From the sequence record MZ375271.1: a stretch of 37,825 nt of DNA. One strand, 5' to 3'. The notes under the pieces are model-generated. The model did not search any database, was not told the origin of the DNA, and saw only the letters and a program-made list of their open reading frames with translations. This DNA is from Escherichia phage T7. Positions 31,601 through 37,825 of this stretch are shown here, piece by piece (the first letter of the stretch is position 1; the number at the start of each line of letters is the position of its first letter). Both the position numbers and the translations under genes were made by a program.

Positions 31601-32577
31601 ACTACCTTCTGGATGCTGCGCGTCAAGGTATGCTTGGGGATGTTATTAGTGCCACCCTAACAGGTAAGACTACCCGCTGGGAGAAAGAAGGCTTCCTTCG
31701 TGGTGCCTCCGTAACTCCTGAGCAGATGGCTGGCATCAAGTCTCTCATCAAGGAACATATGGTACGCGGTGAGGACGGGAAGTTTACCGTTAAGGACAAG
31801 CAAGCGTTCTCTATGGACCCACGGGCTATGGACTTATGGAGACTGGCTGACAAGGTAGCTGATGAGGCAATGCTGCGTCCACATAAGGTGTCCTTACAGG
31901 ATTCCCATGCGTTCGGAGCACTAGGTAAGATGGTTATGCAGTTTAAGTCTTTCACTATCAAGTCCCTTAACTCTAAGTTCCTGCGAACCTTCTATGATGG
32001 ATACAAGAACAACCGAGCGATTGACGCTGCGCTGAGCATCATCACCTCTATGGGTCTCGCTGGTGGTTTCTATGCTATGGCTGCACACGTCAGAGCATAC
32101 GCTCTGCCTAAGGAGAAACGTAAGGAGTACTTGGAGCGTGCACTGGACCCAACCATGATTGCCCACGCTGCGTTATCTCGTAGTTCTCAATTGGGTGTTC
32201 CTTTGGCTATGGTTGACCTAGTTGGTGGTGTTTTAGGGTTCGAGTCCTCCAAGATGGCTCGCTCTACGATTCTACCTAAGGACACCGTGAAGGAACGTGA
32301 CCCAAACAAACCGTACACCTCTAGAGAGGTAATGGGCGCTATGGGTTCAAACCTTCTGGAACAGATGCCTTCGGCTGGCTTTGTGGCTAACGTAGGGGCT
32401 ACCTTAATGAATGCTGCTGGCGTGGTCAACTCACCTAATAAAGCAACCGAGCAGGACTTCATGACTGGTCTTATGAACTCCACAAAAGAGTTAGTACCGA
32501 ACGACCCATTGACTCAACAGCTTGTGTTGAAGATTTATGAGGCGAACGGTGTTAACTTGAGGGAGCGTAGGAAATAA
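28621..32577 (+). CDS. 16: Internal core protein gp16 with N-terminal lytic transglycosylase domain, 1318 aa
   Basis: ORF-track 1318 aa; N-terminal transglycosylase motif WTESRF...GPLGMMQFT. Confidence 0.97.
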   Translation: MDKYDKNVPSDYDGLFQKAADANGVSYDLLRKVAWTESRFVPTAKSKTGPLGMMQFTKATAKALGLRVTDGPDDDRLNPELAINAAAKQLAGLVGKFDGDELKAALAYNQGEGRLGNPQLEAYSKGDFASISEEGRNYMRNLLDVAKSPMAGQLETFGGITPKGKGIPAEVGLAGIGHKQKVTQELPESTSFDVKGIEQEATAKPFAKDFWETHGETLDEYNSRSTFFGFKNAAEAELSNSVAGMAFRAGRLDNGFDVFKDTITPTRWNSHIWTPEELEKIRTEVKNPAYINVVTGGSPENLDDLIKLANENFENGSRAAEAGLGAKLSAGIIGAGVDPLSYVPMVGVTGKGFKLINKALVVGAESAALNVASEGLRTSVAGGDADYAGAALGGFVFGAGMSAISDAVAAGLKRSKPEAEFDNEFIGPMMRLEARETARNANSADLSRMNTENMKFEGEHNGVPYEDLPTERGAVVLHDGSVLSASNPINPKTLKEFSEVDPEKAARGIKLAGFTEIGLKTLGSDDADIRRVAIDLVRSPTGMQSGASGKFGATASDIHERLHGTDQRTYNDLYKAMSDAMKDPEFSTGGAKMSREETRYTIYRRAALAIERPELQKALTPSERIVMDIIKRHFDTKRELMENPAIFGNTKAVSIFPESRHKGTYVPHVYDRHAKALMIQRYGAEGLQEGIARSWMNSYVSRPEVKARVDEMLKELHGVKEVTPEMVEKYAMDKAYGISHSDQFTNSSIIEENIEGLVGIENNSFLEARNLFDSDLSITMPDGQQFSVNDLRDFDMFRIMPAYDRRVNSDIAIMGSTGKTTKELKDEILALKAKAEGDGKKTGEVHALMDTVKILTGRARRNQDTVWETSLRAINDLGFFAKNAYMGAQNITEIAGMIVTGNVRALGHGIPILRDTLYKSKPVSAKELKELHASLFGKEVDQLIRPKRADIVQRLREATDTGPAVANIVGTLKYSTQELAARSPWTKLLNGTTNYLLDAARQGMLGDVISATLTGKTTRWEKEGFLRGASVTPEQMAGIKSLIKEHMVRGEDGKFTVKDKQAFSMDPRAMDLWRLADKVADEAMLRPHKVSLQDSHAFGALGKMVMQFKSFTIKSLNSKFLRTFYDGYKNNRAIDAALSIITSMGLAGGFYAMAAHVRAYALPKEKRKEYLERALDPTMIAHAALSRSSQLGVPLAMVDLVGGVLGFESSKMARSTILPKDTVKERDPNKPYTSREVMGAMGSNLLEQMPSAGFVANVGATLMNAAGVVNSPNKATEQDFMTGLMNSTKELVPNDPLTQQLVLKIYEANGVNLRERRK

Positions 32578-32597
32578 TACGACTCACTATAGGGAGA
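32575..32597 (+). promoter_or_regulatory. T7 RNAP class III promoter phi17
   Basis: taatacgactcactatagggaga exact consensus, +1 at 32592. Confidence 0.9.
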
Positions 32598-32649
32598 GGC
32601 GAAATAATCTTCTCCCTGTAGTCTCTTAGATTTACTTTAAGGAGGTCAA

Positions 32650-34311
32650 ATGGCTAACGTAATTAAAACCGTTTTGACTTACCAGTTAGATGGCTCCAAT
32701 CGTGATTTTAATATCCCGTTTGAGTATCTAGCCCGTAAGTTCGTAGTGGTAACTCTTATTGGTGTAGACCGAAAGGTCCTTACGATTAATACAGACTATC
32801 GCTTTGCTACACGTACTACTATCTCTCTGACAAAGGCTTGGGGTCCAGCCGATGGCTACACGACCATCGAGTTACGTCGAGTAACCTCCACTACCGACCG
32901 ATTGGTTGACTTTACGGATGGTTCAATCCTCCGCGCGTATGACCTTAACGTCGCTCAGATTCAAACGATGCACGTAGCGGAAGAGGCCCGTGACCTCACT
33001 ACGGATACTATCGGTGTCAATAACGATGGTCACTTGGATGCTCGTGGTCGTCGAATTGTGAACCTAGCGAACGCCGTGGATGACCGCGATGCTGTTCCGT
33101 TTGGTCAACTAAAGACCATGAACCAGAACTCATGGCAAGCACGTAATGAAGCCTTACAGTTCCGTAATGAGGCTGAGACTTTCAGAAACCAAGCGGAGGG
33201 CTTTAAGAACGAGTCCAGTACCAACGCTACGAACACAAAGCAGTGGCGCGATGAGACCAAGGGTTTCCGAGACGAAGCCAAGCGGTTCGAGAATACGGCT
33301 GGTCAATACGCTACATCTGCTGGGAACTCTGCTTCCGCTGCGCATCAATCTGAGGTAAACGCTGAGAACTCTGCCACAGCATCCGCTAACTCTGCTCATT
33401 TGGCAGAACAGCAAGCAGACCGTGCGGAACGTGAGGCAGACAAGCTGGAAAATTACAATGGATTGGCTGGTGCAATTGATAAGGTAGATGGAACCAATGT
33501 GTACTGGAAAGGAAATATTCACGCTAACGGGCGCCTTTACATGACCACAAACGGTTTTGACTGTGGCCAGTATCAACAGTTCTTTGGTGGTGTCACTAAT
33601 CGTTACTCTGTCATGGAGTGGGGAGATGAGAACGGATGGCTGATGTATGTTCAACGTAGAGAGTGGACAACAGCGATAGGCGGTAACATCCAGTTAGTAG
33701 TAAACGGACAGATCATCACCCAAGGTGGAGCCATGACCGGTCAGCTAAAATTGCAGAATGGGCATGTTCTTCAATTAGAGTCCGCATCCGACAAGGCGCA
33801 CTATATTCTATCTAAAGATGGTAACAGGAATAACTGGTACATTGGTAGAGGGTCAGATAACAACAATGACTGTACCTTCCACTCCTATGTACATGGTACG
33901 ACCTTAACACTCAAGCAGGACTATGCAGTAGTTAACAAACACTTCCACGTAGGTCAGGCCGTTGTGGCCACTGATGGTAATATTCAAGGTACTAAGTGGG
34001 GAGGTAAATGGCTGGATGCTTACCTACGTGACAGCTTCGTTGCGAAGTCCAAGGCGTGGACTCAGGTGTGGTCTGGTAGTGCTGGCGGTGGGGTAAGTGT
34101 GACTGTTTCACAGGATCTCCGCTTCCGCAATATCTGGATTAAGTGTGCCAACAACTCTTGGAACTTCTTCCGTACTGGCCCCGATGGAATCTACTTCATA
34201 GCCTCTGATGGTGGATGGTTACGATTCCAAATACACTCCAACGGTCTCGGATTCAAGAATATTGCATACAGTCGTTCAGTACCTAATGCAATCATGGTGG
34301 AGAACGAGTAA
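32650..34311 (+). CDS. 17: Tail fibre protein gp17, 553 aa
   Basis: ORF-track 553 aa MANVIKTVLTYQLDGSNRDFNIPFEYLARKFVVVTLIG... Confidence 0.97.
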   Translation: MANVIKTVLTYQLDGSNRDFNIPFEYLARKFVVVTLIGVDRKVLTINTDYRFATRTTISLTKAWGPADGYTTIELRRVTSTTDRLVDFTDGSILRAYDLNVAQIQTMHVAEEARDLTTDTIGVNNDGHLDARGRRIVNLANAVDDRDAVPFGQLKTMNQNSWQARNEALQFRNEAETFRNQAEGFKNESSTNATNTKQWRDETKGFRDEAKRFENTAGQYATSAGNSASAAHQSEVNAENSATASANSAHLAEQQADRAEREADKLENYNGLAGAIDKVDGTNVYWKGNIHANGRLYMTTNGFDCGQYQQFFGGVTNRYSVMEWGDENGWLMYVQRREWTTAIGGNIQLVVNGQIITQGGAMTGQLKLQNGHVLQLESASDKAHYILSKDGNRNNWYIGRGSDNNNDCTFHSYVHGTTLTLKQDYAVVNKHFHVGQAVVATDGNIQGTKWGGKWLDAYLRDSFVAKSKAWTQVWSGSAGGGVSVTVSQDLRFRNIWIKCANNSWNFFRTGPDGIYFIASDGGWLRFQIHSNGLGFKNIAYSRSVPNAIMVENE

Positions 34312-34369
34312 TTGGTAAATCACAAGGAAAGACGTGTAGTCCACGGATGGACTCTCAAGGAGGTACAAG

Positions 34370-34573
34370 GTGCTATCATTAGACTTTAACAACGAATTGA
34401 TTAAGGCTGCTCCAATTGTTGGGACGGGTGTAGCAGATGTTAGTGCTCGACTGTTCTTTGGGTTAAGCCTTAACGAATGGTTCTACGTTGCTGCTATCGC
34501 CTACACAGTGGTTCAGATTGGTGCCAAGGCAGTCGATAAGATGATTGACTGGAAGAAAGCCAATAAGGAGTGA
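34370..34573 (+). CDS. 17.5: Holin gp17.5, 67 aa, GTG start
   Basis: ORF-track 67 aa; hydrophobic segment WFYVAAIAYTVVQIGAKAV then charged C-terminus. Confidence 0.9.
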   Translation: MLSLDFNNELIKAAPIVGTGVADVSARLFFGLSLNEWFYVAAIAYTVVQIGAKAVDKMIDWKKANKE

Positions 34574-34578
34574 TATGT

Positions 34579-34848
34579 ATGGAAAAGGATAAGAGCCTTA
34601 TTACATTCTTAGAGATGTTGGACACTGCGATGGCTCAGCGTATGCTTGCGGACCTTTCGGACCATGAGCGTCGCTCTCCGCAGCTCTATAATGCTATTAA
34701 CAAACTGTTAGACCGCCACAAGTTCCAGATTGGTAAGTTGCAGCCGGATGTTCACATCTTAGGTGGCCTTGCTGGTGCTCTTGAAGAGTACAAAGAGAAA
34801 GTCGGTGATAACGGTCTTACGGATGATGATATTTACACATTACAGTGA
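34579..34848 (+). CDS. 18: Terminase small subunit / DNA maturation protein gp18, 89 aa
   Basis: MEKDKSLITFLEMLDTAMAQRMLADLSDHERRSPQ...; in frame within ORF-track 34570..34848. Confidence 0.9.
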   Translation: MEKDKSLITFLEMLDTAMAQRMLADLSDHERRSPQLYNAINKLLDRHKFQIGKLQPDVHILGGLAGALEEYKEKVGDNGLTDDDIYTLQ

Positions 34849-34910
34849 TATACTCAAGGCCACTACAGATAGTGGTCTTTATGGATGTCATTGTCTATAC
34901 GAGATGCTCC
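34849..34910 (+). promoter_or_regulatory. RNase III processing hairpin R18.5
   Basis: tatactcaaggccactacagatagtggtctttatggatgtc. Confidence 0.6.
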
Positions 34911-34942
34911 TACGTGAAATCTGAAAGTTAACGGGAGGCATT

Positions 34943-35374
34943 ATGCTAGAATTTTTACGTAAGCTAATCCCTTGGGTTCTCGCTGGGATGCTATTCGGGT
35001 TAGGATGGCATCTAGGGTCAGACTCAATGGACGCTAAATGGAAACAGGAGGTACACAATGAGTACGTTAAGAGAGTTGAGGCTGCGAAGAGCACTCAAAG
35101 AGCAATCGATGCGGTATCTGCTAAGTATCAAGAAGACCTTGCCGCGCTGGAAGGGAGCACTGATAGGATTATTTCTGATTTGCGTAGCGACAATAAGCGG
35201 TTGCGCGTCAGAGTCAAAACTACCGGAACCTCCGATGGTCAGTGTGGATTCGAGCCTGATGATCGAGCCGAACTTGACGACCGAGATGCTAAACGTATTC
35301 TCGCAGTGACCCAGAAGGGTGACGCATGGATTCGTGCGTTACAGGATACTATTCGTGAACTGCAACGTAAGTAG
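34943..35374 (+). CDS. 18.5: Rz-like i-spanin gp18.5, 143 aa
   Basis: ORF-track 143 aa; N-terminal TM segment WVLAGMLFGLGW then coiled-coil-like periplasmic domain. Confidence 0.9.
   Translation: MLEFLRKLIPWVLAGMLFGLGWHLGSDSMDAKWKQEVHNEYVKRVEAAKSTQRAIDAVSAKYQEDLAALEGSTDRIISDLRSDNKRLRVRVKTTGTSDGQCGFEPDDRAELDDRDAKRILAVTQKGDAWIRALQDTIRELQRK
35058..35309 (+). CDS. 18.7: Rz1-like o-spanin gp18.7, 83 aa, embedded in +1 frame inside 18.5
   Basis: ORF-track 83 aa; lipoprotein signal LIGLFLICVATISGCAS with lipobox Cys. Confidence 0.85.
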   Translation: MSTLRELRLRRALKEQSMRYLLSIKKTLPRWKGALIGLFLICVATISGCASESKLPEPPMVSVDSSLMIEPNLTTEMLNVFSQ

Positions 35375-35395
35375 GAAATCAAGTAAGGAGGCAAT

Positions 35396-37156
35396 GTGTC
35401 TACTCAATCCAATCGTAATGCGCTCGTAGTGGCGCAACTGAAAGGAGACTTCGTGGCGTTCCTATTCGTCTTATGGAAGGCGCTACACCTACCGGTGCCC
35501 ACTAAGTGTCAGATTGACATGGCTAAGGTGCTGGCGAATGGAGACAACAAGAAGTTCATCTTACAGGCTTTCCGTGGTATCGGTAAGTCGTTCATCACAT
35601 GTGCGTTCGTTGTGTGGTCCTTATGGAGAGACCCTCAGTTGAAGATACTTATCGTATCAGCCTCTAAGGAGCGTGCAGACGCTAACTCCATCTTTATTAA
35701 GAACATCATTGACCTGCTGCCATTCCTATCTGAGTTAAAGCCAAGACCCGGACAGCGTGACTCGGTAATCAGCTTTGATGTAGGCCCAGCCAATCCTGAC
35801 CACTCTCCTAGTGTGAAATCAGTAGGTATCACTGGTCAGTTAACTGGTAGCCGTGCTGACATTATCATTGCGGATGACGTTGAGATTCCGTCTAACAGCG
35901 CAACTATGGGTGCCCGTGAGAAGCTATGGACTCTGGTTCAGGAGTTCGCTGCGTTACTTAAACCGCTGCCTTCCTCTCGCGTTATCTACCTTGGTACACC
36001 TCAGACAGAGATGACTCTCTATAAGGAACTTGAGGATAACCGTGGGTACACAACCATTATCTGGCCTGCTCTGTACCCAAGGACACGTGAAGAGAACCTC
36101 TATTACTCACAGCGTCTTGCTCCTATGTTACGCGCTGAGTACGATGAGAACCCTGAGGCACTTGCTGGGACTCCAACAGACCCAGTGCGCTTTGACCGTG
36201 ATGACCTGCGCGAGCGTGAGTTGGAATACGGTAAGGCTGGCTTTACGCTACAGTTCATGCTTAACCCTAACCTTAGTGATGCCGAGAAGTACCCGCTGAG
36301 GCTTCGTGACGCTATCGTAGCGGCCTTAGACTTAGAGAAGGCCCCAATGCATTACCAGTGGCTTCCGAACCGTCAGAACATCATTGAGGACCTTCCTAAC
36401 GTTGGCCTTAAGGGTGATGACCTGCATACGTACCACGATTGTTCCAACAACTCAGGTCAGTACCAACAGAAGATTCTGGTCATTGACCCTAGTGGTCGCG
36501 GTAAGGACGAAACAGGTTACGCTGTGCTGTACACACTGAACGGTTACATCTACCTTATGGAAGCTGGAGGTTTCCGTGATGGCTACTCCGATAAGACCCT
36601 TGAGTTACTCGCTAAGAAGGCAAAGCAATGGGGAGTCCAGACGGTTGTCTACGAGAGTAACTTCGGTGACGGTATGTTCGGTAAGGTATTCAGTCCTATC
36701 CTTCTTAAACACCACAACTGTGCGATGGAAGAGATTCGTGCCCGTGGTATGAAAGAGATGCGTATTTGCGATACCCTTGAGCCAGTCATGCAGACTCACC
36801 GCCTTGTAATTCGTGATGAGGTCATTAGGGCCGACTACCAGTCCGCTCGTGACGTAGACGGTAAGCATGACGTTAAGTACTCGTTGTTCTACCAGATGAC
36901 CCGTATCACTCGTGAGAAAGGCGCTCTGGCTCATGATGACCGATTGGATGCCCTTGCGTTAGGCATTGAGTATCTCCGTGAGTCCATGCAGTTGGATTCC
37001 GTTAAGGTCGAGGGTGAAGTACTTGCTGACTTCCTTGAGGAACACATGATGCGTCCTACGGTTGCTGCTACGCATATCATTGAGATGTCTGTGGGAGGAG
37101 TTGATGTGTACTCTGAGGACGATGAGGGTTACGGTACGTCTTTCATTGAGTGGTGA
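35396..37156 (+). CDS. 19: Terminase large subunit / DNA packaging ATPase gp19, 586 aa, GTG start
   Basis: ORF-track 586 aa [24 protein letters not shown]...; Walker A-like GIGKS; RBS taaggagg. Confidence 0.95.
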   Translation: MSTQSNRNALVVAQLKGDFVAFLFVLWKALHLPVPTKCQIDMAKVLANGDNKKFILQAFRGIGKSFITCAFVVWSLWRDPQLKILIVSASKERADANSIFIKNIIDLLPFLSELKPRPGQRDSVISFDVGPANPDHSPSVKSVGITGQLTGSRADIIIADDVEIPSNSATMGAREKLWTLVQEFAALLKPLPSSRVIYLGTPQTEMTLYKELEDNRGYTTIIWPALYPRTREENLYYSQRLAPMLRAEYDENPEALAGTPTDPVRFDRDDLRERELEYGKAGFTLQFMLNPNLSDAEKYPLRLRDAIVAALDLEKAPMHYQWLPNRQNIIEDLPNVGLKGDDLHTYHDCSNNSGQYQQKILVIDPSGRGKDETGYAVLYTLNGYIYLMEAGGFRDGYSDKTLELLAKKAKQWGVQTVVYESNFGDGMFGKVFSPILLKHHNCAMEEIRARGMKEMRICDTLEPVMQTHRLVIRDEVIRADYQSARDVDGKHDVKYSLFYQMTRITREKGALAHDDRLDALALGIEYLRESMQLDSVKVEGEVLADFLEEHMMRPTVAATHIIEMSVGGVDVYSEDDEGYGTSFIEW

Positions 37157-37237
37157 TTTATGCATTAGGACTGCATAGGGATGCACTATAGACCACGGAT
37201 GGTCAGTTCTTTAAGTTACTGAAAAGACACGATAAAT

Positions 37238-37260
37238 TAATACGACTCACTATAGGGAGA
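37238..37260 (+). promoter_or_regulatory. T7 RNAP promoter phiOR
   Basis: taatacgactcactatagggaga exact consensus, +1 at 37255. Confidence 0.9.
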
Positions 37261-37414
37261 GGAGGGACGAAAGGTTACTATATAGATACTGAATGAATAC
37301 TTATAGAGTGCATAAAGTATGCATAATGGTGTACCTAGAGTGACCTCTAAGAATGGTGATTATATTGTATTAGTATCACCTTAACTTAAGGACCAACATA
37401 AAGGGAGGAGACTC

Positions 37415-37462
37415 ATGTTCCGCTTATTGTTGAACCTACTGCGGCATAGAGTCAAGTCCTAA
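37415..37462 (+). pseudogene. 19.5: Truncated gene 19.5 remnant, 15 codons (canonical product is about 49 aa)
   Basis: ATG 37415 after RBS agggaggag; MFRLLLNLLRHRVKS then taa; N-terminus matches gp19.5. Confidence 0.45.
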
Positions 37463-37527
37463 GGTATACCCATAAAGAGCCTCTAATGGTCTATACTAAG
37501 GTCTATACCTAAAGATAGGCCAGTGTC
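37448..37527. repeat. Right-end short direct repeats (cctaaag / ctaaggt type) preceding the right terminal repeat
   Basis: cctaaggtatacccataaagag...ctaaggtctatacctaaagatagg...cacctaaagagg visible by eye. Confidence 0.6.
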
Positions 37528-37606
37528 ACCTAAAGAGGGTCTTAGAGAGGGCCTATGGAGTTCCTATAGGGTCCTTTAAAATATACCATAAAAATCTGAG
37601 TGACTA

Positions 37607-37748
37607 TCTCACAGTGTACGGACCTAAAGTTCCCCCATAGGGTGTACCTAAAGCCCAGCCAATCACCTAAAGTCAACCTTCGGTTGACCTTGAGGGTTCC
37701 CTAAGGGTTTGTCTTTGGGTGTTACCTTGAGTGTCTCTCTGTGTCCCT
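37607..37748. repeat. Right terminal repeat
   Basis: tctcacagtgtacgg...ctgtgtccct; 37608..37748 identical to 1..141. Confidence 0.8.
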
Positions 37749-37825
37749 CTCTGTTACAGTCTCCTAAAGTATCCTCCTAAAGTCACCTCCTAACGTCCAT
37801 CCTAAAGCCAACACCTAAAGCCAAC

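Overview
This window is an essentially complete, collinear genome of a T7-type coliphage (T7 itself or a very close derivative). Every ORF I can support is a recognisable T7 gene in canonical left-to-right order on the + strand: host-RNAP promoters A1-A3, ocr (0.3), 0.7 kinase, T7 RNA polymerase, 1.1-1.3 (ligase), 1.5-2, SSB (2.5), 2.8, endonuclease I, lysozyme, primase-helicase, 4.5, DNA polymerase, 5.5-5.9, exonuclease, 6.3-7.7, portal, scaffold, capsid 10A/10B, tail genes 11-12, core proteins 13-16, tail fibre, holin, spanins and terminase 18/19. These are punctuated by 17 phage-RNAP promoters, terminators TE and Tphi, RNase III hairpins and terminal repeats. I see no tRNA, rRNA, CRISPR array, integrase, transposon or foreign cargo, and I do not find an undescribed system here. 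What is unusual is what is absent: relative to the canonical T7 gene map (recalled from memory, not aligned) the genome is roughly 2.1 kb short. Discrete deletion scars remove or truncate the small non-essential genes 0.4-0.6, 1.4, 3.8, 4.3, 4.7, 5.3 and 19.5, and several scars begin exactly at the lost gene's start codon. Visible side effects are a 5'-altered phi1.5 promoter, an in-frame fusion of the gene 3.8 start to the primase-helicase gene, and a +1 G-to-T substitution in the phi10 capsid promoter. The last 218 nt of the window repeat the first 218 nt exactly, so the window runs across a genome end or concatemer junction. All comparisons with canonical T7 need confirmation by alignment; point mutations inside genes cannot be assessed by eye.
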